Assembly: GCA_004764695.1 (NCBI GenBank)
Contig: SMSO01000008.1
Span: 62,001 to 126,000 of the forward strand
DNA from: Schizochytrium sp. TIO01
Taxonomy: Eukaryota > Protista > Bigyra: Labyrinthulomycetes
Length of the DNA: 64,000 nucleotides
Direction: 5' to 3'
Shown here: positions 13,501 through 26,337 of the stretch, in pieces
How the letters are laid out: the number at the start of each line of letters is the position of its first letter
How positions within the stretch are numbered: position 1 is the stretch's first letter
Position numbers and translations under genes: made by a program
Notes under the pieces: generated by a model
Told to the model about the DNA's origin: nothing
Seen by the model: the letters and a program-made list of their open reading frames with translations, nothing else
Databases searched by the model: none

Positions 13501-14825
13501 GTCACTATCAAAGGAAAACACTCCATGGGACGGTGTGTGAAGTGATGTAGCATTTATTCCTCACTTATTCATTTTGAGCCCTGGGTCCTCTTGCCCCTTT
13601 AAGAGGAGATGCTTACGACTGTTTCCTGAGAAAACCCCAATCATAGAAGAAAATTTGATCAAGGAGAGAATAATAATACTAACTACTCTACGTCCCAAAA
13701 CTTCAATCTTAGACTCCACCACCCCATAAGGCCAAAGACCTGCGCAACTCTTTTTAATTTTAATTTGGAGTAGGAAAAATAATAGAAAATATGTATAATA
13801 ATAATCGTTCATAGTACTGACTCTTCCCCTCATGGTATTTATTGATTGATTATTTTAGTTTGAGCTTTTACCCAAGCTATTGAATTTTAACTTAGTGAAA
13901 ATGCAGTTGCGCTGAGTGATTGATCTTGGTTTGAACTTTCTTTCTTTTTTAATAATTTAATGCCTAGTGAGAGAGAGGGTGGTGGACTTGAGATAGTTAT
14001 TATCCAAGAAAAGAATCGAAGTTGCCTGTTCATGAAAGTTGTCCATTGTAGTTACCTAGGAGCTAAATTTATTGAGCGAGCGATTGGCTGAGAAAACTAA
14101 AAGAAGAATCCCTTGCACGGTGCGAGCAGCCAAGGCAAGCACATACGAGCGAGGGTGAGCCCGAGACCCTGTCTCATACGTCGCTTGGTCTAATACTTTC
14201 TTTACCACGGCGCATTAGTATTAGTGCATAATATAGGCCTAATTTGACTTGACTTCTCATCCTAGTTAATGAGTAGCTACAGCACACTATACGCTATGAT
14301 TGATATGATTTGACTTTCCCCCCAAGTTAAAGGATTGAGAGTAGCTTCAGTCTGCCAAAGGGCTCGTAATACTGAGAAACGGATCCCTGAAAGGAACGTC
14401 CAATCCTGGAATTCAAATCATGGAATGATTTACGGATTGATTGTCTCGATGAAAGCTCTAAGATTCTTTTTTTGAGGTGATGTAATAACCTTGCTATTTT
14501 TCTTTTGAGAGTGTCCAATTCGATGTAACCTAGGGACCTTGTCCCTGTACACTATAAGATTTTGCTTTTGCTTGTACTTGATTCTTTCCTCCAGTGCTTT
14601 CTTTCTACTTTAGTTCTGAGGCCAGATGCTCTCACTGTTATGAGTTCTAGCAATTCCTATACTTGGTCAAAAACTCAAAGCATTCTTCATATGTTTATGA
14701 CCCAATGAGGATTGTATATCCTGGTAAAATAATACTGGAGGAGTTAGAAAATTAGAGCTCAAGACTTCACTGCAAGGCTAATACTACAAACCAGAGTCCC
14801 ACCTATCGTCTCTTTTTCAAGATAT

Positions 14826-14867
14826 TTGTTTGTTTGTTTGTTTGTTTGTTTGTTTGTTTGTTTGTTT
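14826..14867. repeat. (TTTG)n microsatellite
   Basis: Seen directly. Confidence 0.95.
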
Positions 14868-15911
14868 ATATCTAATATTAATACTTTGCAATTAACTTTT
14901 CATTCTAAAATGTGCGTCGTTATTTTGGTAACTTTGAAGTATTCCTGTATTTTGGAGTGACAAACAAGAGGACTGATTCGACTCTTGAGAGTGCCTACAA
15001 TTCCTTTCTCTGATCTCAGGATATCACGACACAGAAGTAAAACTTCCATTCCCAACGACTCATCTATGCACTTCCTTTCATGTTGGGAGGGGGGAAATGG
15101 AGTATTCATTATGATTGAAAAAAAAAACTGAAGTCTAGCCTTGAGCATTAAATAGAACAAGACCAAAACTATCTGATAGGGCATGACGAATTGTTAGGCG
15201 CCTGTTAGCACACCCAAAGAAGGAGGAATCTATTTCCCCTTCAGATTCTAATTAAGGCTCAGGTTCAACAAAGGGCACTGGTTGGCTTTAATGCTGGTAA
15301 TGAACTTATTGCATGGTAAGTATGCTCGCAGAAACACAACTCTTATAACTTGCCAGAGAAAAACCTATTTTATGTACGATCGTCAGCACGGACTCTTAAT
15401 TATTGCTAAGCAGAGAATTATTTTGCATTCTTGACAAAGTTTAATATATTCATGCACTTCTGCCTGAATTTCCACTATTAAAAAGAGTCAGAAAAATCTA
15501 CCTCCTCCAGAGATTTGGTACATAAATGAATTTCTCCCGCTTGAATGATTTGTAAATCGCATATCATGTAGGGCTTCCTTTAAGCTCTTGTTGTATGTGA
15601 TGAAGGTGTCTTCTGTAAAAAATATCTTCGTCATCCTTGTTCATTGCTTGAATTTTTCTCACAGTGATCCGAGACCCAAACAAGGCGAGAATTGCATCGA
15701 TGAAGTATACGGTCATGTATTGGCGCTAAAGAGCCGAATAGCCGTCCATTTCTAGTACATTGCATTGGCTCAGCCCCTGTGTACTGAAAACCTATCCCTG
15801 GTCAGCCAAACATTGACTAGAAAGATGAATGCAAGACACCTGGAATACATGATGAGACTAAGAACGCATTGTATACTTAGGCCAATTGCTGAAAGATTAT
15901 TCTGGGCAGCT

Positions 15912-16300
15912 TGAGGTTGACTGTAGAGATGAAATCAAGGGTCTTGATGAAGGCTTTAAGAAGGTTGACTCAAGAGTTAGCGAGCTGCTGTCCTGGAGAA
16001 TGAATTTCAGGACCGATGTATTCATGTAGTAATTAAGGAGGATAGGACATTCTTGAAAGGTGTTAGAGATAATCGATGGGTTAGATTAATTCAACCTCTA
16101 CAACCATCGATTCATGTTACACCATGCTTGGACGTGGGAAATGTGTATTCACACTTCTGGTTCTTGACTCCGGCAGTCACATGAATCTGACGACCTACTC
16201 TTGCTCTATTATAAGCCCTATGTCTACAAGGGTTTCATAAAGGGACGCCAAGAACTCTAGCAATGTCTTGTCCACTAGTCCCTTCGATTGGAGACCTCAG
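15912..16300 (+). repeat. Diverged direct copy of 16640-17010
   Basis: Shared blocks in the same order: gaggttgact..agatgaa; gtgttaga.ataat.ga; ttctggttcttgact; agaactc.agcaatgtctt.tc; ccttcgatt.gaga.ct.agc. Confidence 0.75.
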
Positions 16301-16477
16301 CTCTAATAGAGGTAGTGTGGAGGTAGTTCTATCCTGACCTTGAAGATAAACATAAACACCGGCGTGGTCTGACATATTCTGATTCGGAGACTAATGCAAA
16401 CTCAACCTGTTTTACACAGAACTTAAATGGTTAGGTTAATATTGAAGTATTGAAGTAATATACGGTTTTGCCTAAGC

Positions 16478-17066
16478 TCACCTCACCTCACCTAGCTCTC
16501 CTATCCGACACCTCCTGTGTATTGGACTGACGTAATACATTCATCCCTGCCTGTATCCAGACCCGAAACCCCAATAACATGATACAGGCATAATGAATGT
16601 ATCATGTCGGACTGCTGAAGGATGAATCTGATCAGCTAGAGGTTGACTATGAAGATGAAGGCAAAAGACTAGATAAGGGCTTTACAGATACTTTAGAAGC
16701 CATGACATTCTGGGGATTATGAGTTAGAGATCTTCTGTCCTTGGACAGACTGATTTTTGTTATAGTTAGGAGACTCAAACATACTTGAACTGTGTTAGAC
16801 ATAATTGACGAGGTTAGGTTTACTTGTCTCTTTAACAATTAATTGAAGTTCCACCATTGGTTCTAGGAAAAGTGCATCCACATTTCTGGTTCTTGACTTC
16901 TTAGTCTGGTTGTTTAGTTCTATTCTATTGTAAAATGTTCATGGGTTCATGCCTAGAACTCCAGCAATGTCTTATCATCAACTGCTTCCTTCGATTAGAG
17001 ATCTGAGCACGGATTAAAGAGTGTCGGACAGGAGCTGGGTTAGGTGATGTGACGTGACGTGACGTG
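16478..17066. mobile_element. Putative non-autonomous TIR (MITE-like) element with an internal hairpin
   Basis: Left end cctcacctagctctcctatccgacac is mirrored by gtgtcggacaggagctgggttaggtg (17021-17046). Hairpin arms at 16529-16557 and 16581-16608. The left end recurs directly at 17291-17379. Confidence 0.5.
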
Positions 17067-20000
17067 CGGTAATACCCTATCTATTTCCTCAATAGTACCC
17101 TAAGATAATACACTGTAACTCCTGAGTTCCCTTGGGCTCACCTTTTGTATCTGATAAACAAAGTCTGATCGTGTATCACTCCTAATTAATAGTTTAGATC
17201 ACAATATTATACCAAGGTACTGCAAAGGGATACAGATGCATCTTTACGACAGGACTTTGCAAGGTTAAAAGGCGTACCTATTTGACACCACCTAACCTAA
17301 CCTAACCAAACTCTCCTGTCCGACACATTGTATCGGACTGACATGATACATTCATCCCTGCCTGTATCCAGACCCGAAATACCAAAACGACCAAAAGCAC
17401 TTGAATCTATCAAGTACATTCAACAAGACAACCCTAGTCATAATACTAACTAACTACTATCATCTAAGACATTTCCCCCAATACCTCTAAGTAATCATAA
17501 CCAGTCTCATTACAAGGGTTCTGGTTATATCATGGCCCAGGACCCTCCGATTGGTAATCTTAGCATTGTGTAAACAAGTAACCCGTTGTTTTTAACGGTT
17601 CGGCTAGTAGGAACTTCTTTTTTAGACTTTTCAATGTCACCCAAGAACTCGTCAACGTTTTTATATCCTTCATATTTGAAGTTTGCCCCAAATATGCTAT
17701 TTGTTTTAACTTAAAAAACAAAAAAACAAAAAAGCAAAAAAACTATATTCATAATACTTGGGAAAGAAGTCTGAAGTCTCCAGCAACAAAAGAAAAAATC
17801 CAGCTAGCGTGAGGGATCCATAGATGCTCGACTTGCCGCTCTTGTGAGCAATGAGACACCCATGCAAAATAAGTTCACAGTAAACGTCTTCCTCGTTTAG
17901 CAATGAAGATTGCTCAAGAAAAAGAATTATAAGCTTTCTTTGCTGTTTGATCTTCGTGTTGTCCTGCCGCTTCGATTATGGCGATAATTGAAACTTCGAA
18001 CCATCCTTTTCTGTTTAAATTCAATTTGTATCTGACTTTATAGACTATCATTACTCTCTAAAATGTAAGTTTTGTTAGTCTGTAGGACACAGTGGCGCTC
18101 CAAACATGCGTGTTTGTCCAAGGATACGACGCGACCGGATTTGATTTTATGTCTTACTGTATTCAATTAAACAAACAAACAAACAAATAGAGTATTTTTT
18201 CACGCTCAAGTTTTTGGAGGAGATTAAAAAGTGTCTCAAAAACGATGGTTGAATCTCCTCACACACACTCAATTCTCTTGCGATCAGCTTCTCTAGTGTG
18301 ACTTTTTCTTTGGAGGGGGGGGACTATGCGTGTAGGTCTTCTGACAACGAAGTCTAGTAGAGTTTGCTTATATGTTGGTGTGGATTATTCTGGCAACGTT
18401 CAACAACAATCACTGATCACACTCTAGACGGGACCAAGTTGGTCTTGAGGTGACCGTTTCAAGTAGAATTAAAAGCTGACGGTCATTCTGTACTATGCTT
18501 CGCAAGCTCGAAAGTCGTCACAAAGGAGGTCCTCGAGAGCCGCAGTAGTCTCACTTTCCCCCGTTTGCTCTGTACCCTTGACGACAGACAATCCAAATTG
18601 CGCAAGAAAGATCAACAACAACAATAATAATAATGACAATAATTAACTTTTTCAGGGCTCTAAATGCTCGCAAAATGAGTTTGCCGCCAGCGCGTCTTTA
18701 GCGAGAGTCCCACGATCAAAACGAACTATGTATCTCTCTTGAGCACTCGATGAATCGCTTCTCAAGGTATATGGTCACATTCATTTAGGTTTTCGTTTCT
18801 CACTATGACTCTAAAATCAGCAAACAACCTCTGTTTACTTTTCTCGACATGTGAACATGGGTGGACTGCGTGTAATAACAGTAGAAACATAACCTTTCAC
18901 TATTTTTAGAGACGAGCTCGAGTCACACTTTGATCAAATAAACTGCTACACGCCAGCAAACCTTTCTTCATTGCCTTTGGTCATTCTTGAGTGAACCTAA
19001 ACAGCTGCATAGAACTTACTGAATAGGAAAATAGAGAAGAATTAGGACATGTTTTGTAAGTCTAGAAAAAGCATCTTTATGACCAAAGCATTGGCAACCA
19101 TTGTTATGTATATGCAACATCACAAGGTCAAGATCGCACCGACATGAAAACGCGCCCGGGAATGAAGGAAGCACAGGAAACTCTTAGAGGTTATTCTTTA
19201 TGTTTCTAATCGAAAGATCTTGTTCAAAAGAGGCTGTCAGAGTCTTTGTTACGCTAACGTATTAGAGATTGTATATGATTAAAACCTTGACTATCAGATA
19301 CAAAGGTGCGAGGTTAAGGGGATTCAAGAGTTGAAAGTGCCTTAAAGAACCAAGTGAACATGTAAGGGCAAAACCTGAGTTGGTGGTTGGGAAAACAAGT
19401 TACCCTAGCCCCCTTCTAATATAAAGAAATTCTGCCTTAGTCTCTGAACTAGATCACGAATCAGTATACCAAAAAAAAAAAAAAAAAAGGTATTGCGTTA
19501 GGGTCAACAGATCGCTGACTTTACTGTGATATATCATAAAAAGGCGTGAATAATGCTCCCTCGTCAAACTCAGTCCCCTATATTGATTATCTTCCAAAAT
19601 TCTTTGATTGATGGGGTATCATTGTCCTGGCCCCCTAGGTTATTTCCACAAGTTGCTCAATATAGATCCTCCTCCTTTATCTGCGCTTGATTCTCAATCA
19701 ACCAGGGTTCACGACAGGATAATCGAATTAGCAAAGTCCATTCATGTCCTTGTCCTCTAGGATATTCTATACAAATTACCTTGTAAATTTATTCACGCTA
19801 CATTTCGTTTTTTTTTTAACAAACAGGAGAAAGACATTATTACAATTCTTTTACTTTTTTATGAGAAGAAAACTTTAAAGAAAACCTTTTTTAGCGAAAC
19901 TCCATCTTGGCAAAAAGGTTTTCTCTTATCGTGGACTCTATTGTCTCAATAAGAGAGTAACACACCTCAAATAAAAAAGGGAAACGCTTCACAAGCTCCA

Positions 20001-21426
20001 CAAGCTCCACAAGGTCCACAAGCACAGTACACCTAAATCACTCAATTCATCCCTATTACCCTAAACAGTCACATGAACTTAGTTTACTCCAAGAGCTGCG
20101 ACTACCATTCCCCACGCACGCATTATCTCTGTTTACTTCTGGACAAAACTCCCCTCAAGGGCTCCTTCATACCTGTACCTGATCCTTCAATCAACCACGA
20201 CTCGCAACATTCCTGGAATTTTAATTTGGGGAGTCGGCACTTGTTCAAGCAGGAGCTATTGTAAATATTGGTTTACAAAAAGGACGAAACTCATGATCAT
20301 TAATCTATATCTAGAACAACCTTGACCTTATACATGCGTTATTTCACAGCATTCTTTTCGAAACTCTTTCCGTTGACTTCAAAATAAAATCGAGCAGATT
20401 ATTTTTTACAGCAACTCAAAGCGAAATGAAGCCTATGCAGACCCGTGTTGTGACGAATATTGAGCTAAATCAACCTATTCATCCCCTAGCTTTTAAATAA
20501 AAGTATGTTTACTGGCTTACTCCAAACAGGGCTCTCACTTAGCATTTTGGGATGAAATTTATATAGAAACCAGGACTACAAATATGGGTGAGTGGCCATA
20601 CTTCACACATTTTAACTATACTTTATACAGTTAAGGTCGCACCCAGTCTTTTCACTGAGATAACAGTTTTCACTCAACGCCAGGTCTTTACAAAATTAGC
20701 AAGGGGAATGAATGCATGGGCTAGCTTTCGCAGCACGAAAAGTGAGTCTCTTGTGGTGTTGGTTGTGGAAGATTATCAAAAAGCGTATCGTATGACCATT
20801 CGTTGATGTCTATTACAATCTCCCTCCTTTATATGGATTCTCTCCCGAACGAACACCCATAGTGTATCTCAAATATTAGCAGCCTCAGTGTTACTTATCT
20901 TTCATTGAAATTCAATTCTACAACGCCTCAAATTTGTCTTTCAGACCTGCATTCAATCAGTAACCTCCCAACTTTGGCCATAATCAAACCTGTATTGATA
21001 TTTTCATCACCCTTACTCTTAACAATTCTTGTTCATGAATTTTCTTCCTCTGGACGATTCGTACGTCGGTTGTGTCGAAAACGAAGCAGGATTAGTCAGT
21101 GAAACGGAAAGAGACGATGCGTGTAATCGCACCTCTTTGAGAAAACTAAGCTCAGCTAAGTAAATCAAGAAAATTATACGCAGGCAAAGAAGTTAGCGCC
21201 TGACCTCGCGGTAGTATCGCTGATGATTTTAGGTATCATACGAATTGGTCTTATTGATATGAGGCCAATAGCAGAGCACTTCTATGTACAGATCTGCGAT
21301 TCTCTTAGTGGTGCACTAACATGAAGTCTTTTTCTTTTAACTTGGAGAGATTTTCTTCTTTCAAGAAACTAGTCAAGAGGGATTTCTTAAACTCGAAAGG
21401 CGCGAAAAAAATTCCCAAAGTTTTTT

Positions 21427-22473
21427 TTAGTATGAGAGGGAAAGCCAGATACGATCATCAGGCAATTTTAAATATTGCAATAGCCTAATAATATAATCCA
21501 GATCAGTGACGGCTGCATCCGGCTCATTGTCTTCTACTAAAGAAGGCAGTGTATGCGCAGTAAAGGCCCTGCTTGCCGTGGTCGAGTCGGGCAGGTCTGC
21601 TTCATAGACGTACTTATGCTGGTCAGTGTCGAGGTAATAGTCCTTATTAAGGATAGCTTTGGTCGTAGGGTCCGACTTGACCTGGACATAAGTCAGCGCA
21701 GGGCTGTCCTTATTCTGCGGGATGCACGAAATATTCCCCTTCTTTGGATCGTAGGTATTGAGCCACACGTAATTCGAAGTGTTGTCCACTGTGCGGTAGA
21801 CATTAATGTATGTTCGCAGCGGCACATTTGAGGGCCCATTATCCACTGTGGTGTACATGACCATTTCCTGGTAAGCTACATTACCCAGCAGCGGCTCTCT
21901 TGCGAGTTCTCCGAGCTGTGCACACCGAGAAACCGCAACGGCGTTGCGAAAGCCTGTGAAGAGGCAAGTACTGCCTCGCTGGCTGTGCCTCTTGAAGTTA
22001 ATGCTCCTTCGGCGACTGCGAATGCGTACCTTGCCATTGGCCACGGGAGGAATTCCACCAATGAATCGCCAATCTACGCATGTTCGAAAACCTCCAGGTA
22101 GTTCTCCACGCCGAATGATCGTCTCAGGCCTCCAGGCAGCAGCATCCTGGTTGAAAGCGGCCAGCGTGAGTAAGTCCTTGCCGTCTGTAAGCGGGTAGTG
22201 GTAGTGTGTTCCATGCAAGTTGAGATTGTCCCAGTTCAACTGCGCCTTCGCTGCTTCCGGTCTACGATCAGGGGAGTAGCCCAGGCGATACTTTATAGCA
22301 TTACTGGTAGCCTTAGGGTCTGAAGGAATGGTAAAGTAGCCCGTGGTGGCGGAACAGAACATGGGCATGCTCCAGGTGCCATTAATAAGCGATTTCTCGC
22401 CGCCTAGGACATGTTTTACTTTGCTAAGTCGGTCCACTGCATTCTTCAGCGTTGTCGCAGTATCACACGTCAT
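21427..22473 (-). pseudogene. Probably truncated paralog of the N-terminal domain of 22798..26337
   Basis: Shares CxTTGYF, KYRLGYxPDRR, WRPETIxRRGELPGG, CVDWRFIGGIPP, REPLLGNxAYQ, RTYINVYRT. Similarity stops at ~21505, and the last ~25 codons lie in AT-rich DNA. Confidence 0.75.
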
Positions 22474-22797
22474 CTTGCCGTGTGCTTTTTTGTACTTGTT
22501 TTTGTTGGTTTATTACTATTCTTTTCTTATTCTTTCTCACACCAGAGATAAAAAAGATAGTTTACGAAGGAGATTTCGTTTTTTGCACCTTTACAGTTTT
22601 GTATATTTTTGTTTGTCTTTGTTTTTGTTTTTACAATTCTACCTTTCACCCCTTTTCTTATAAAGGGTTCGTTCTTATCTATGGATGGTATATTATTTTA
22701 TTTTGCAAGTGTAAGTTTTCTTCTTTTTGTTTTACTTTGTTTTGATTGTTTTGAAATCGCTAGTCTAAACCCCAACCCTCCCAAAAAACAGCAAAAA

Positions 22798-25700
22798 CTA
22801 ATGAACTCCTGTGTACTGCTTTGCAGCTGCGTCAGCCACAACGTGAACATCGCCAAGGATCAAGGTAGTGGATAGTGCAATGCCGATGATTCCCAGGCAA
22901 CCAATGAGGGTACCAATAAGGATGCGAGCAAGCAAGAGGTGGCGCGGATCTTGGAGCTTCTTGGGAACCACCTTGATAAGCACCACAATAAGAGGCACGA
23001 CAAGGAAGATCGTCACAATGAGAGGAACGAAGCTAAGTGCATTCAATCTCTCTGTATAGCTGCGGTTATCAGTTCCGCTATCATCAATTGAGGTCGAGGT
23101 GTCTCCCGTTTCAGGGATGGATGCAGTCGGCGTGGTGAAGTCCGTGCGCACTAGAACCTCCAGATCGTCGTTGTCTGTAGGGTAATACTCAGGGCAAACA
23201 TCAAGCAGAGCACAGAGCCCCGACTCATCGAGCTGCGCAAAGTTACAGAGGGTGTTCTCCAGGCAAGCATTTGCGCAGGCCTGCATTGTTTTCGCTCCTG
23301 AAACCACAGCGATGCTGTTTGTGTAACCCCTGTTCTCACAGAAGTGGCCAATGACTGCATTGAAACCTTTATAATCGCTTGCAGAAACGTTAGGCGCCGC
23401 GCCACGAGGAACGGGGCGCACGGTAATGAGATCGCAGGGCCCGCGCTGCGTCGGAGAGTAGGTCCCTGTGCAAACGCGGCACTCTTCTGTCTGTGCATTC
23501 CACGTTGCGTGCGAGCAATCGCCTGTGCACTTCTTCGCGCAATTGATAAGACTGTTTTGCTTGCTTGTAGTACCTCCCGAGGTGCACCCTGGCCCATTGA
23601 CGAGTCTGTAGCCAGAAGGAACCTTGATAAGGTTGCTGAAATCATTGATTCCCTTCATGGCTTTGGTCATGCAGACATCCTGGTAGTCCCCGTAGTACTT
23701 CTCGATGAGCTGCATGCTCGTAGACTGGGTTGCAATGGTGCTCTTACGTTGCAGCAAGGTGCTACCTGTATCGTCATTCTCTATATCGCAACTTGCATAG
23801 AAGTAGCCCTCAGTATCCTTGATATTCACGAAGTTGCACTCACCCGTGCACTTGCTCACTGCATCCACTTGATTGGTGACGGCCTCTTTCTTCAGAAGCT
23901 TGCCTGAGGCAGACCCACAGGTAGTATAACTGTAACTCACAAAGTCTGCTTCAGGATCTGCATTTGTTCTGGTCAAGGCGCGCGCGGCTGTATAGTTCGG
24001 CAGTAGTGGGGGCACCACAGAGGAGTCAATCGGATCACAAGGAGACCCCGCATTGCAGTGCTGGTCCTTTCCATTGCCTACGAATCCCGCTGTTTTACCT
24101 GAAGGATCGTAGTCCACCGTCTCAATGAGCCTATACTTGCTAGCACCACGCACTTCGTTTGTGTCTCCCATGAATTCGCCGCCATCTCGGGTAGCGTGAT
24201 CACCTGGAAGCTGGCAAGTACCATCATAAAAGTACTTTACTGCCATTCCACCGCCTCCCTTGCCGGTCTTGATGTTGTGATTCCAGCCCCCGAAGTCTCT
24301 TTCGAAGTTGTGCAGGCCGTGCCAGGCATGCAGCCACGGGATGCGGTACAGGAAGAAGCCTCTGTAAGTGTCTCCCGTTTGAAAGTGGCTGTTAGCAAGC
24401 ATAAAGAAGGACTGGTCTGGTGCTGTGGGGTGAAACATGTACCCCACAAGTGCGGGAGTGTGCTCAGAGGTGTAACCTGTGGCGTAGCTCTCCGCAAAGA
24501 CCGCTTTATGGAAGTCCTGCAGTACGTTACGCACAGCTAGGTCAGTTTTGCTTCCCGAACCGTCCATCAGGTACTCTGGGTAAAGGATTTTATTGGCCTC
24601 GTCTGCTTGAATGCCCAGCGTTTCCGCCATGGCTTCCCACAGCGAGGAAGATCCTCCAATCAGCTTGCTTCGCTTGATCATCATGGGACCTAAATTGTCC
24701 AGCATCAGCATGACAAACAGCATTGGGCTTGCGTAAGCCAGATCTCCCAAGGTGAAAACTGGCTGGTTGTGGTCCAGGTACATCCAGAACTGGTTCTGGC
24801 CCACAGTGCGGTCGATCACATCCACTCCAATAGCGTCAATGTTCATCGAGACTCCATTAAAGAAAGGTCTGTTCTTGGAAATGATCTTGCTGCCGAAGTA
24901 AGACTGCAATTCAGACAGTTTGTTCGTTTCGAAACTCGCTTGAAAGGGAAACCAGCTCTCTCCGTCGAAGCATTTCAGGTAGAGCAATGGGACACTCGTA
25001 TCCGTTCCGCAAAGGGTCTCGTCCTGCAGTTTGTAGCCGAGGATTTTCGCGTAGTCTGCATTGCCAGAGTCACGGAAACAAGATTCACCTCCGCAAATCA
25101 CCGTCTGTGAAGGTGCATTCTTGGTGGGAATGTACCTAGAGTCTACGTAAGGTTTCAAGTAAGGATCCACTTCGTACTCGCTGATGTAATAAGCAAGTGC
25201 AATGCCCCACTTGTTATTAGGTTCGCTCCAGTCAGGTGTAGTAGTAGTACTAGTCGTGGTCGAAGTAGAAGCGCTGCGGCCTACCTGCGTTTCTACGCCT
25301 GTTTTCAGTGAGAAGGCTCTTCCCGCAAGCGTGGACTTCATGAGCGGGTAGTCCCGATCGTCCATAAGCGCTGAGTCTTCGCTCGTGTAAGCAGACTCAT
25401 CAATGGCCGGCTCTAAGTCTGAAATCAGTGTGGGCCTTACATGAGCCACAAAGGCGCGATTCACCGAAGAAGAATCTGGTGCGTCCGATTGATAAACGTA
25501 GTTATGATCATCACTGGATAAAGCGTAGTCCTTATTCAAAACCTCTTTGGTTGTAGGGTCCGTCTTGACCTCGTAGAAGCTAACATTCGCCGTCTTGTTC
25601 TGTTTCACCGCCTGGCAAGTCTTAGTCTTTACATAATTGACGGTCCAAATGTAGTTGTCTCGATTATCCAGCGTGCGGTAGACATTGATGTAAGTTCGCG

Positions 25701-26337
25701 TTGGCACGCCTTTGATTGCATTCTTGAAATGCTGGTACATCACGGGTGCCTGATAAGCAATATTACCTAGCAAAGGTTCGCGAGAGAGCTCTCCGAGCTC
25801 TGCGCAGCGTGCAAGCGAGATAGAATTGCGCTCTCCCGTATACTCGCAGGTGCTTCCACACTGCGTGGCTGGTTTGTAATTGGTGAAGCGGCGTCTAGAC
25901 CGAATCAGCACCCTTCCATTGGCGCAAGGTGGAATTCCTCCAATGAATCTCCAGTCCACGCACTCTCTCATTCCTCCAGGCAGCTCGCCGCGCCGCAGAA
26001 TTGTCTCGGGTCTCCATGCTTCTATATCTTGTTTAAAGGCGGCCTGGGACAGAAGGTCTCGCATTTCGCCGAATGGAAAATGCAAATCAGGGTGATTGAA
26101 ATTGAGCCGCGTCCAATCCAGTTGGTTCGCAGAATTATCCTTGCGGCGATCCGGGGCGTAGCCTAATCGGTACTTCAGGATATCTGCAGTTCCTTTAAAA
26201 TAACCCGTGGTGGTGGCGCAGTACATCTTGAAGCCATACTTGCCTATAAGCATGTCTGCCAGAACATTATCTAGCGTCCAGTGCTGGGTCTTTTTCATGG
26301 CTGCGAGAGCATCTGCGATGCTCTTATCATCACACAT
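22798..26337 (-). CDS. Large Cys-rich membrane-anchored protein with PAN/apple-like repeats (putative virion surface or adhesion protein)
   Basis: 1179 aa. Three C-terminal Cys modules (CTGECNFV, CAKKCTGDCSHATW, CANACLENTLCNFA...C) fit PAN/apple spacing, followed by two hydrophobic helices. Confidence 0.75.
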   Translation of the reverse strand: MCDDKSIADALAAMKKTQHWTLDNVLADMLIGKYGFKMYCATTTGYFKGTADILKYRLGYAPDRRKDNSANQLDWTRLNFNHPDLHFPFGEMRDLLSQAAFKQDIEAWRPETILRRGELPGGMRECVDWRFIGGIPPCANGRVLIRSRRRFTNYKPATQCGSTCEYTGERNSISLARCAELGELSREPLLGNIAYQAPVMYQHFKNAIKGVPTRTYINVYRTLDNRDNYIWTVNYVKTKTCQAVKQNKTANVSFYEVKTDPTTKEVLNKDYALSSDDHNYVYQSDAPDSSSVNRAFVAHVRPTLISDLEPAIDESAYTSEDSALMDDRDYPLMKSTLAGRAFSLKTGVETQVGRSASTSTTTSTTTTPDWSEPNNKWGIALAYYISEYEVDPYLKPYVDSRYIPTKNAPSQTVICGGESCFRDSGNADYAKILGYKLQDETLCGTDTSVPLLYLKCFDGESWFPFQASFETNKLSELQSYFGSKIISKNRPFFNGVSMNIDAIGVDVIDRTVGQNQFWMYLDHNQPVFTLGDLAYASPMLFVMLMLDNLGPMMIKRSKLIGGSSSLWEAMAETLGIQADEANKILYPEYLMDGSGSKTDLAVRNVLQDFHKAVFAESYATGYTSEHTPALVGYMFHPTAPDQSFFMLANSHFQTGDTYRGFFLYRIPWLHAWHGLHNFERDFGGWNHNIKTGKGGGGMAVKYFYDGTCQLPGDHATRDGGEFMGDTNEVRGASKYRLIETVDYDPSGKTAGFVGNGKDQHCNAGSPCDPIDSSVVPPLLPNYTAARALTRTNADPEADFVSYSYTTCGSASGKLLKKEAVTNQVDAVSKCTGECNFVNIKDTEGYFYASCDIENDDTGSTLLQRKSTIATQSTSMQLIEKYYGDYQDVCMTKAMKGINDFSNLIKVPSGYRLVNGPGCTSGGTTSKQNSLINCAKKCTGDCSHATWNAQTEECRVCTGTYSPTQRGPCDLITVRPVPRGAAPNVSASDYKGFNAVIGHFCENRGYTNSIAVVSGAKTMQACANACLENTLCNFAQLDESGLCALLDVCPEYYPTDNDDLEVLVRTDFTTPTASIPETGDTSTSIDDSGTDNRSYTERLNALSFVPLIVTIFLVVPLIVVLIKVVPKKLQDPRHLLLARILIGTLIGCLGIIGIALSTTLILGDVHVVADAAAKQYTGVH

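Noticed and set aside
14327-16838. LRR-like leucine spacing in ORFs 14327..14518 and 16647..16838
   Set aside because: No clean LxxLxLxxN repeats; too degenerate to call.
17291-17307. Telomere or telomere-mediated integration signal
   Set aside because: Only three CCTAA units, part of a dispersed repeat and 4 kb from the junction.
19879-19924. 13-bp perfect inverted repeat
   Set aside because: A/T-run based, isolated, with no associated gene or element.
3887-21102. Many 60-140 aa ORFs in the host region
   Set aside because: Low complexity or no recognisable motifs; expected by chance.
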